Shown one piece after another: positions 1 to 8,469 of a DNA stretch of 64,000 bases. Position 1 is the first letter of the stretch. The number at the start of each line of letters is the position of its first letter. Source of the DNA: Blastocatellia bacterium. Lineage in GTDB: Bacteria > Acidobacteriota > Blastocatellia > UBA7656. The DNA lies in NCBI GenBank assembly GCA_963765495.1, contig CAVXWP010000001.1, forward strand, positions 1,120,001 through 1,184,000, given 5' to 3'. The position numbers and the translations under genes are program-made. The notes beneath the pieces are model-generated. The model was not told the DNA's origin and did not search any database. It saw only the letters and a program-made list of their open reading frames with translations.

Positions 1-281
1 TCATTATTTCCTTCAGGCTTTTCCTGATTTTGTGCCCCTACTCATGCCTGTAATTTCAGCCATAGGCCAGTAATAGAAAGGTTAAACAGGAAATTTCGGC
101 ATCCAAATAATTGGAAAACGTATCCGAAAATATGGAAAGCGCCGATGCGCTAATCCCTATAAATAGTAGCAAATCCTTATTTTCGGCTATTCTTTGCTGT
201 ATTTGGAGTAGGAATAGCAGTTGCACAAAATCTGCCGGATAGAACTGTCTACCCAAATAGCGGCTTTTTGGGGCAAAGATA

Positions 282-3200
282 ATGAGAGACCTGGCGAACA
301 AGACAAAGCCTATCGCGATCCTGGCGATAACTGTTTTGCTCGTTGTCATCGGGGTGCTCAATCTGCGCGACCGATTGAGCGCGCATCCCATAGCCGACGA
401 TGGCGTCGAATGGGTGGATACCGAAAACGGCGTTCAGGCTAAATCGATAAGCCCGCAATCACCGCTCGCGCCGGTCCTCAAAAAAGGCGACTACGTTCGA
501 GCGATCTTCTATCACGACAAGTACGAAAAAATAGACAGAGCAGAAACGCTCGCGCTCTATCTTGACAGGCAGGGCGTGGGAAACGATGCCCGCTACGTAA
601 TAGAGCACGATGACCCTGTGTTGCAATCCATCTACGGCATGCAGGAGCCGCTTTTTGACTTCGATTTCAAGATCATATCTCTGCAACAGAAACTGGGGCA
701 GGGATTGTATCTGGCCTTTATCGGAGTGGTTTATCTGATAATAGGTCTGTTCGTTCTCTTCAAACAGAGCCGCGCTCAATTGACATATCATTTCTTCGCC
801 TGGTCGCTTGTCTCTTTTGTTGTCTATTTCTATGATTCGACCGGCGAATTTACCCGTATAGACAAACTGGTGAGTTTGCTCGATGGTGGAGCCCTCGCCT
901 TGCTGGCTCCGATCTTTCTGCATTTCTGCGCCAATTTTCCCTCCGGGAAAAAGCTCTCCCTGCGTGAGCGCCCCGCTGTAGGGCTTTTATACGTGCCTGC
1001 GTTTGCAATCATCCTTGTCGAAATACTATGGCACTATAAACCGGCTATCTTCGGCGGCGGCTCGCTGGTTCGAGTGCGCAATTTTTTAGAGCCGTTGGAA
1101 CTGGTGCAGTATGCGCTCTTTTTCCTTGCCGGAAGCGCGCTTCTGGTTCGCACCTTTGTTCGCTCGCACAACACGCTGCTCAGGCAGCAACTCAAGTGGA
1201 TCATCTGGGGGCTTGGTTTATCGGTATTGCCCTTTGCGGCGCTCTATGTCCTGCCTTACATATCCAATGTCGAGATCACGCCGCTGATTGAAACGCTGGC
1301 TTTTGCGCCTCTGATTTTGATCCCGCTCTCTTTCGGATATTCGATAGTCCGCTATCGCCTGATGGATGTGGATGTGATAATGCGCCGCAGCTTCGTCCAC
1401 GTGGTTGCAATCGTCCTGGTCGCGGCGCTCTACATGGCGGTGCTTCTCGGCGTAGGCGATCTGGTCAAGTTCATCTGGGCGACGGCGGATTTGAATTCCT
1501 GGAATACGCGAGCCGTGGTCATCCTCGGCATGTTGATCGTGACAATGTTGTTTGCGCCCATCAAGAACAGGCTCCAGACGCTGGCCGACCGATGGTTTTA
1601 CGGCGAACGCTATACGGTCAGGGCGGGGCTTCAGGATTTCGGCAGGACTCTTGCGCAGACTACGGCGCTTCCGCAACTGCTCGATTCGCTTGTGCGGCGG
1701 TTGTCGGACATGCTCTCTGTCAGCAAAGTGGCTATCTTTATCGAAGACAGCCGCTCGCCGTCGGGTTTTAGCCTGGCTCACGCGCTCGGAATCAGTCGCG
1801 ATATTCATCTGCCAAACGGCATCAAGAATATAATTCGGACTCGTTCGATAGGACGCGGCTATGTTTCGGCCAACGATCTCGATCTGAAATATGAAGGCGA
1901 GATGACGCCCGAATTGCTTCTCGAAGCGCGAATGAGCGTAAACGATCAGTCACTCGTGCGAGCGGCAACCACAGACAGGAGTTCCAGCTTTTATCTGCCT
2001 TCGTCGGAAGAAACGCTCGCGCAGGACGAGCTTTACTATTATGTGCCCTGCGTGGTCCGCGACCGTATGGTGGCGATCATCGGGGTGGGGAGGGAATCGT
2101 CGGGCGCGCTTCTGACGAGCGAAGACACCGACCTGCTCAGGGCGCTGTCTGGCTATGTAGCCATAGCCATAGACAACAGCCTGCTCTACAGATCAGAGCA
2201 GGAGAAGGCCGAAGAGCTTGCGCGACTGAAAGAGTTTTCGGAAAACATCATCGAAAGCGTCAATGTTGGCATACTGGTGATAGATTTCGATGGCCGCGTC
2301 ACTACGTGGAACAGCGCCCTCGAAGAGATATTCGGCATGTCGCGCGAGCGGTCGTTTGGGCGAAGCATATTCGAAATATTCGACCGTGATTTGATCGAAA
2401 CCGTTCAGAATGTTATCGGAGAGGAAGGCTGGGCGCTCAGTGAAGCGCGCCACATCTACAAATACAGCGCCGCGACCGAAGACGGGCGGCCTCTGACTCT
2501 CAACATATCGCTCGCGCCTTTCGAAGCCGCGCCCGGCGTTGTGACCGGAACTCTCGTGGTGTTTGAAAACGTCACCGAGCGTATGCAGCTTGAACAGCAG
2601 TTGCTCGAACGCGAAAAGCTCTCTTCAATCGGATTGCTTGCCGCAGGAGTGGCGCACGAAGTCAATACGCCGCTCGCCGGAATATCTTCTTACGCGCAGA
2701 TGTTGCTCGCGCAGATTGCCGAAAACGACCCCAAACGCAAATTGCTTGAAAAGATTCACGTCCAGACGCTCAGGGCTTCGGGGATAGTAAACAACCTGTT
2801 GAATTTCTCTCGCACGGGCGATACGCAGTTCCGCGAAGTCGATATAAGCGAGGTGCTTGAAAACACCATACAACTGCTGGAGCCGCAACTGAGAAACTCG
2901 ATGGTCGAGATTGTCTGCAATCACGGAGAGGATTTGCCGCCTGCTCACGGCAACGCGTCGAAATTGCAGCAGGTCTTCATGAACCTGATCCTGAATGCGC
3001 GTGACGCTATGCCCGGAGGCGGGCAACTGACGATCAACTCTCGTCTGATAGAGACATCTATCGTAGTAGATTTCCGCGATACGGGGATGGGAATAGCGCC
3101 CGAGCACATCGCGCGCATCTATGACCCGTTCTTCACCACAAAAGAGGTAGGGCAGGGGACCGGGCTTGGTCTTGCGCTCTCATACGGAATAATTCAGGAA

Positions 3201-3305
3201 CACAGCGGGCGCATGTTTGTCGAGAGCCGACCCGGCGAAGGCGCGCATTTCACAATTAAACTTCCCACCGCATTCGCTCGACAGATGCAAGCCGCCAGCG
3301 ATTAG
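282..3305 (+). CDS. Membrane-bound sensor histidine kinase (periplasmic PDZ-like region, multi-TM, GAF, PAS, HisKA, HATPase; NtrB-like)
   Basis: 1007-aa ORF; H-box AGVAHEVNTPL, N-box QVFMNLILNARDAM, G1 DTGMGI, F-box PFFTTK, G2 GTGLGL; many hydrophobic segments in the N-terminal half; PAS (WNSALEEIFG) and GAF-like (VAIAIDNSLLY) segments. Confidence 0.93.
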   Translation: MRDLANKTKPIAILAITVLLVVIGVLNLRDRLSAHPIADDGVEWVDTENGVQAKSISPQSPLAPVLKKGDYVRAIFYHDKYEKIDRAETLALYLDRQGVGNDARYVIEHDDPVLQSIYGMQEPLFDFDFKIISLQQKLGQGLYLAFIGVVYLIIGLFVLFKQSRAQLTYHFFAWSLVSFVVYFYDSTGEFTRIDKLVSLLDGGALALLAPIFLHFCANFPSGKKLSLRERPAVGLLYVPAFAIILVEILWHYKPAIFGGGSLVRVRNFLEPLELVQYALFFLAGSALLVRTFVRSHNTLLRQQLKWIIWGLGLSVLPFAALYVLPYISNVEITPLIETLAFAPLILIPLSFGYSIVRYRLMDVDVIMRRSFVHVVAIVLVAALYMAVLLGVGDLVKFIWATADLNSWNTRAVVILGMLIVTMLFAPIKNRLQTLADRWFYGERYTVRAGLQDFGRTLAQTTALPQLLDSLVRRLSDMLSVSKVAIFIEDSRSPSGFSLAHALGISRDIHLPNGIKNIIRTRSIGRGYVSANDLDLKYEGEMTPELLLEARMSVNDQSLVRAATTDRSSSFYLPSSEETLAQDELYYYVPCVVRDRMVAIIGVGRESSGALLTSEDTDLLRALSGYVAIAIDNSLLYRSEQEKAEELARLKEFSENIIESVNVGILVIDFDGRVTTWNSALEEIFGMSRERSFGRSIFEIFDRDLIETVQNVIGEEGWALSEARHIYKYSAATEDGRPLTLNISLAPFEAAPGVVTGTLVVFENVTERMQLEQQLLEREKLSSIGLLAAGVAHEVNTPLAGISSYAQMLLAQIAENDPKRKLLEKIHVQTLRASGIVNNLLNFSRTGDTQFREVDISEVLENTIQLLEPQLRNSMVEIVCNHGEDLPPAHGNASKLQQVFMNLILNARDAMPGGGQLTINSRLIETSIVVDFRDTGMGIAPEHIARIYDPFFTTKEVGQGTGLGLALSYGIIQEHSGRMFVESRPGEGAHFTIKLPTAFARQMQAASD

Positions 3306-3320
3306 AGTGACGCACAATAC

Positions 3321-3420
3321 TTGATGCGTGAAGAGTGATTCGTCATTAACCAGGCTTGCAAGTTGTCTAAAACATGCAGCCTGCCTGAGAGTCACGTATC
3401 GCGCATCAAGAATCACGCGT
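3321..3420. repeat. Heptamer-armed hairpin element, GTGA/TCAC family, copy 1
   Basis: TGATGCG-TGAAGAG-TGATTCG left arm; TCACGTA-TCGCGCA-TCAAGAA-TCACGCG right arm; 52-nt core in reverse orientation; lies between convergent genes. Confidence 0.85.
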
Positions 3421-4908
3421 TACGTAAATTGCCTGCTGGCTATCTGCTTCGTTTACTTCTTCGGCGGCGCGATTGCCCGATTCCAGGGCTCCATTCATCC
3501 ATCCGTGCCACAGCGACGTATGCTCTCCGGCAAAATGTATAAGGCCTTCCGGGCGCTGGGCCGCAGGCAATAGCCCGGTTATCTGCCCGGGTTCGAAATA
3601 GGCGAATGCGCCTCGCGCCCATTCGTCTTCGTGCCATATCTGGCTCGTGCCCGATTCGTACTGGCTGTCGAGGCCGCCAAACAGATTTCCCATTCGGCGC
3701 AAAACCAGATTCTGCCGGTCCTTTTCGCTCATTGCTCCCAAATCGAGCGCCCGCTGCCCGCCGGTGTAGGAAGCGAGTATCCCTCGCTGGCCGCCTTGAA
3801 TCAGTGTGGGCGAATAGGTGTCCTGGATGTTCAGGTCCGTTATTCCGTAGCCGTCAAGCCCGTCCTGTTCCCATACGCGTTTGCGAAATTGCAGATAAGT
3901 GCGCGTGACCGGCGTCAGCTTGATCTCTGATATGGCTCGCTGTTTCTCTTCGGAAAACGAAGGCGAGACTTCTATTTCGCTGAGCAACGGAAACGGAAGA
4001 GTGCAGATGACGCGATCTGCCTCGATGGTTAAGACCTCGCCGTTGCGCAGGTAAGTTACCTTAACGCCAGTTTCATTCTGCTCCAGGGCGATGACCTGTG
4101 ATTTCTTCTTGAAGTTCTTTTTAACGCGTTGTTTTAGAGCCTTTGGCAACAGGTCGTTTCCCCCTACGATCTCATAAAAGACTCCGCCCGACGCAACCTG
4201 TTCAGTCACTACGCCGTCGAGCGCTGAAAAGGAATCTAGTCCGAATCCGAGAATGCCCAATTGCGAGGCGGCGATTATGGCAATCGCCCCGTCGGATGCG
4301 CCCTGATCGCGCAGTAATTGCTCGAGCGAAATATTGTCCAGGTCTCTTAAACTGTCGGGCGGCCAGCCCTCTTTTCGAGGATTGCCTACCTGCGCCATGA
4401 ATTCTCCCAGATAGAGCGCCGTCAAATTATAGATGCCAACTTCTCTCTCTCTCGATTTAAGGTTAAAGGGGACACTTGCCGCGCCGCCCGGACCTATGCG
4501 AAAGCGACTGCCTTGAATGTAGGCTACCGAATCAAGCCCGAATCTGACCGAAGGCTGAAGGAGCAATCCGAAATCCGTAGCATAGCCCCAGGTGAATGTA
4601 TGGTCTTGAGGGAAGCTGAGCGGACCGGCTTCCGCGTATTGCCCGTCGGCAAAATTTCTGAGAGTCCGCACTCTGCCGCCCGGTTTTTTCCGCGCTTCCA
4701 GAATGGTCACGTTATGCCCGGCGCGTTTAAGCTCGTAACCGGCGGCAAGCCCCGCCAGCCCCCCGCCGAGAATCACTACGTTTTTTGGCGGTCCGACCAG
4801 CTTTATTCCGCGTCTCTGAGCTCTTGATACATAAGGCATCAAGGCGAGCGCGGCGGCGCTGAGACTCGCTTGCCTGATAAATTCACGGCGATTGATGAGC
4901 TTCGACAT
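3406..4908 (-). CDS. Flavin monoamine oxidase / L-amino-acid oxidase family protein with Tat signal
   Basis: NRREFI twin-arginine signal; VVILGGGLAGLAAG FAD motif; LEARKKPGGR; FAGEHTS..GWMNGALESG; ATG at 4908 with AGGAGG RBS (ORF track starts at 4923). Confidence 0.9.
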   Translation of the reverse strand: MSKLINRREFIRQASLSAAALALMPYVSRAQRRGIKLVGPPKNVVILGGGLAGLAAGYELKRAGHNVTILEARKKPGGRVRTLRNFADGQYAEAGPLSFPQDHTFTWGYATDFGLLLQPSVRFGLDSVAYIQGSRFRIGPGGAASVPFNLKSREREVGIYNLTALYLGEFMAQVGNPRKEGWPPDSLRDLDNISLEQLLRDQGASDGAIAIIAASQLGILGFGLDSFSALDGVVTEQVASGGVFYEIVGGNDLLPKALKQRVKKNFKKKSQVIALEQNETGVKVTYLRNGEVLTIEADRVICTLPFPLLSEIEVSPSFSEEKQRAISEIKLTPVTRTYLQFRKRVWEQDGLDGYGITDLNIQDTYSPTLIQGGQRGILASYTGGQRALDLGAMSEKDRQNLVLRRMGNLFGGLDSQYESGTSQIWHEDEWARGAFAYFEPGQITGLLPAAQRPEGLIHFAGEHTSLWHGWMNGALESGNRAAEEVNEADSQQAIYVTRDS

Positions 4909-5136
4909 CCGGCCCCTCCTCATTTTTCGTTCACGTAATGCTATAACCTCAAGGGGCTCATTTCAAGCCTGCTCAATAGCTTATGGAGCGAGACTGTTGC
5001 AAAAGTCTTGTATTGCGCTGACTCGGCTTGAATCATTCTTTGAAACAACATCAAAGTATATGCGTGTAAGAGAGTGTCCGAATTCAAGAAGGCCGAGGCC
5101 GTTTCCCTGTTATTGTGGTTAAAAATGAACCGGTTG

Positions 5137-5145
5137 TGTTATGAT
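5137..5145 (+). promoter_or_regulatory. Putative extended -10 promoter element (TGtTATGAT) for the T2SS-like cluster
   Basis: TGn-TATGAT about 77 nt upstream of the ATG at 5222. Confidence 0.4.
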
Positions 5146-5221
5146 TTCGTTTGGCTGCGTATAGCCCCAGAACGCAAGCGCCCGGCTGCTACAGGCCGGG
5201 ATTCACAAAGAGTTCAATCTT

Positions 5222-6457
5222 ATGGCTGAATATGTTTGCCGGTTAGGCACGCCCACGGGCGAGGTAGTAACACGAACGATTGAGGCCACGGCAGAGCGTG
5301 ACCTGAGGACGAAACTCGAACGCGATGGGTTTCGTGTCTTTTCGATCTCGGGTTCGGGCGGGCAGAGCGTTCGCAAGGCATTCGGAGGCGAATCGGGTCA
5401 GCGCAAGATCAAGACGGAAGACTTTCTGCTCTTCAACCAGCAGTTATCGGCGCTGCTGCGCGCGGGTCTTCCGATCATTCAGGCGATAGGGATACTTCGC
5501 AAGCGCGTTCCAAACGAACGGCTGCGGCTGGTGCTCGAAGATGTCGAGGAAAAGATACGCGCGGGGCAGGCGCTGTCGCAGGCGTTCGCCGCGCAGGGCG
5601 ATGCCTTCCCGCGAATCTATATAGCTTCGATACTTGCGGGCGAGCGGTCAGGCTCGCTTGATGAAGTCCTGCTTCGATACGTCAGCTATCAAAAGACGAT
5701 CTCTGATGCACGGCGAAAGATCAAAAAATCGCTCGCCTATCCGATGGTGCTCGTGGGCGCTTCGATCATTCTCGTGATAGTGCTTTCGACTTACGTCATA
5801 CCGAAATTCATGCAGCTTTACAGTGGAGTGGGCGCGCAAGAGCTGCCCTTTATTACGGTCATGGTCGTAAGCACAGCCGAATTCGTCAGCAAGAATCTTT
5901 TGTGGATCGTGCCAAGCATATTAGGCTTTTTGATCTTCAGCTTTTTCTGGCGACGTACCCCGAACGGGCGGCTTACGATTGACCGATGGATTATGAAGTT
6001 GCCGATTGCGGGCGAAACCGTTCGCCAGCTTACCATAGCGCAATTCACGCGCAGTCTGGCCACGCTGCTTGCGGGCGGAATCACGCTGCCCGAATCCGTG
6101 GAAATTGCGAGCGAATCTATCACCAATCGCGCGCTCAGTCAGGCGAGCAACGGTGTGCTGGTAGGCATACGCGAAGGCCGCGCCTTCACCGACAGCCTCG
6201 CCGCCTCCGGCTGGGTGAGCGAACTTGCGCTCGATATGATCGGCGTCGGCGAACGTTCGGGCGCGCTCAGAGAGATGCTCGACGAGGTGGCCAATTTTTA
6301 TGACGCGGAGCTCGATGTGCGATTGAGCACGATAACGACATTTATCGAGCCGGTAGTGCTGGTCTTTATGGGCAGCCTGGTTATGACTATTCTGCTTGCC
6401 ATGTATCTGCCGCTCTTCAACATGATCGGCAACATGGGAGGCGGTGGAGCGCACTAA
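5222..6457 (+). CDS. Type II secretion system F family / PilC-like platform protein
   Basis: QQLSALLRAGLPI, AGERSGSLDEVL, LAYP, GERSGAL, AMYLPLF duplicated T2SSF motifs. Confidence 0.93.
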   Translation: MAEYVCRLGTPTGEVVTRTIEATAERDLRTKLERDGFRVFSISGSGGQSVRKAFGGESGQRKIKTEDFLLFNQQLSALLRAGLPIIQAIGILRKRVPNERLRLVLEDVEEKIRAGQALSQAFAAQGDAFPRIYIASILAGERSGSLDEVLLRYVSYQKTISDARRKIKKSLAYPMVLVGASIILVIVLSTYVIPKFMQLYSGVGAQELPFITVMVVSTAEFVSKNLLWIVPSILGFLIFSFFWRRTPNGRLTIDRWIMKLPIAGETVRQLTIAQFTRSLATLLAGGITLPESVEIASESITNRALSQASNGVLVGIREGRAFTDSLAASGWVSELALDMIGVGERSGALREMLDEVANFYDAELDVRLSTITTFIEPVVLVFMGSLVMTILLAMYLPLFNMIGNMGGGGAH

Positions 6458-6561
6458 GTGATTCGTGAAGAGTGATCGATGATCCGTGATTTTCAGGTAA
6501 GCCGCCTGTTATAGACATCTTGCATGTCTGGTAAATCATGGATCACCGATCACTCTTCACG
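6458..6561. repeat. Heptamer-armed hairpin element, GTGA/TCAC family, copy 2
   Basis: 6464-6492 and 6533-6561 are complementary at 27 of 29 positions; 52-nt core. Confidence 0.9.
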
Positions 6562-6587
6562 GTCAATATTTTGGGAAGCGAATTCGA

Positions 6588-8291
6588 ATGTCAGAAACAA
6601 GCGAAACAACCACAGGAAATAAACAGAATCTGGCAAGCGCCGTTCAGATACCGCCTGAGTTGACCGCAAGCGAGCGCAGCGCGGTTCAGATGGGGCAGGA
6701 AGAGATGGTCGCGCGCGAGAAGGCGCGAAGATACAGGCTCCGGTTCATCGACCTGAAAGAAGATGCCGACGAGATAGATTATCACCTGATCCACGAACTG
6801 CCGGTTGATTTGATGATCCGTCACTGTTTTGTCCCGCTCAAGCGCGTCAATAACACGCTCTTCGTAGCGATGGCGGACCCGACAAATCTCGAGATTATAG
6901 ATGAGCTTCAAGCGCAATTGCACCTGCGGCTCAAGCCTGCTGTTGCCACGCAATCGGCCGTGGAAGAGGCGCTCAAACGAGGCGATACTGCCGCCCGCAT
7001 CCTCCAGACGGCGACGGCAAGTTTCCGCACAGACACTCTGGCTCTCGTACGCGAAACCGAGCAGGGCGAAGAGGTGCTCGACCTCGACCGGCTCGCGGGC
7101 GACGAAGAGATGTCGCCTATAATCAAGCTTGTCGATACGGTGGTTCTAAACGCGCTCGAACGTCGCGCATCCGATATTCATATCGAGACGCGCGACTCCG
7201 ATGTCATGGTCAAGTATCGCATAGACGGTGCGCTCTATCGCGCGGCAGACCCGATTGACATAGCTCATCATCAGACCATCATTCAGCGCATAAAGGTTAT
7301 GAGCGAGCTTGACATCGCCGAGCGCCGCGTTCCGCAGGACGGGCGTTTTCGCATGCGAATTCGCGGACGCAAGATAGACTTCCGCGTCTCGATCATGCCT
7401 TCGGTTCACGGCGAAAATTGCGTTATTCGTATTCTCGATAAAGAGCAGATCAACGAAGCCTTCCGCGAATTGAACCTCGACGTGGTGGGATTTGCTCCGC
7501 AAGACGTCAAAAAGTTTCGCAAGTTCATCGCCGAGCCCTACGGCATGGTGCTGGTCACGGGGCCTACGGGGTCCGGTAAGACGACGACTCTTTACGGCGC
7601 GCTCAACGAAATCAAGAACGAAGAAGATAAGATTATAACCATCGAAGACCCGGTCGAGTATCAGCTTCAAGGGATCACTCAGATACCCGTAAACGAGAAG
7701 AAGGGGCTGACCTTTGCGCGCGGGCTTCGAAGCATACTGCGCCACGACCCTGATAAGATAATGGTCGGCGAAATCCGCGACTCCGAGACGGCGCAGATAG
7801 CCATTCAATCCGCGCTTACGGGCCATCTGGTCTTTACAACCGTCCACGCAAACAACGTCATTGATGTCATAGGCCGATTCCTCAACATGGGAGTCGAGCC
7901 TTACAACTTTGTTTCGAGCCTGAATTGCGTGTTGGCTCAGCGTCTCGTGCGTATACTCTGCGCTCATTGCAAGATCAATTACGAACCGGAAGATCAGGAA
8001 CTGGTCGAGTCGGGAATCAGCCCTGAGAAGTATCGCAAACAGGTCTTCTATAACGCGGTCGGATGCGAGGTGTGTAACTTCACGGGGTATCGCGGGCGAA
8101 CCGCGATACACGAATTGCTGGATGTGACCGATCACATACGAGAGATCATATTGGAACGGCGGCCCGGCTCGGAGGTGCGCCGCGCGGCCCGCGCCGAAGG
8201 GCTCACATCTTTGCGCGAATCCGCGCTCGCAAAGGTGTTTTTGGGAGTGACGACACTGCACGAAATAAACCGGGTCACGTTTGTCGAATGA
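6588..8291 (+). CDS. GspE/PilB family assembly ATPase
   Basis: ASDIHIE, ERRVPQDGR, Walker A GPTGSGKTT, TIEDPVE, LRHDPDKIMVGEIRD, TGHLV, CxxC..CxxC. Confidence 0.95.
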   Translation: MSETSETTTGNKQNLASAVQIPPELTASERSAVQMGQEEMVAREKARRYRLRFIDLKEDADEIDYHLIHELPVDLMIRHCFVPLKRVNNTLFVAMADPTNLEIIDELQAQLHLRLKPAVATQSAVEEALKRGDTAARILQTATASFRTDTLALVRETEQGEEVLDLDRLAGDEEMSPIIKLVDTVVLNALERRASDIHIETRDSDVMVKYRIDGALYRAADPIDIAHHQTIIQRIKVMSELDIAERRVPQDGRFRMRIRGRKIDFRVSIMPSVHGENCVIRILDKEQINEAFRELNLDVVGFAPQDVKKFRKFIAEPYGMVLVTGPTGSGKTTTLYGALNEIKNEEDKIITIEDPVEYQLQGITQIPVNEKKGLTFARGLRSILRHDPDKIMVGEIRDSETAQIAIQSALTGHLVFTTVHANNVIDVIGRFLNMGVEPYNFVSSLNCVLAQRLVRILCAHCKINYEPEDQELVESGISPEKYRKQVFYNAVGCEVCNFTGYRGRTAIHELLDVTDHIREIILERRPGSEVRRAARAEGLTSLRESALAKVFLGVTTLHEINRVTFVE

Positions 8292-8354
8292 CGCCCGGGC
8301 GAATGTAGCAGATCCGTGCAAAGAACAGCGAATTTGAAAGTTTTGCGTTTTTTT

Positions 8355-8384
8355 TGAAACTAACTCGTGGTAGAGTAGTTCTTA
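8355..8384 (+). promoter_or_regulatory. Possible ECF-type promoter (TGAAAC-N17-GTTCTTA) upstream of the secretin gene
   Basis: Motif in the 178-nt gap between the ATPase and secretin genes. Confidence 0.3.
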
Positions 8385-8469
8385 AAAAACGAGTGATACA
8401 AACTTCAAGGATACGGACCGGGCGCGGGCGCGCCTCCCAAAGGGAAAATCAATAGTTGAGGGTAGAGCG

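Noticed and set aside
56-458. Short ORFs at 56-391, 221-442 and 249-458
   Set aside because: They overlap the kinase start or its AT-rich upstream region and have no recognisable motifs.
5151-5165. sigma54 promoter TTGGCTGCGTATAGC
   Set aside because: GG-GC spacing is 9 nt rather than the required 10.
7146-8321. 391-aa antisense ORF
   Set aside because: Shadow of the conserved GspE/PilB gene; typical of GC-biased codon usage.
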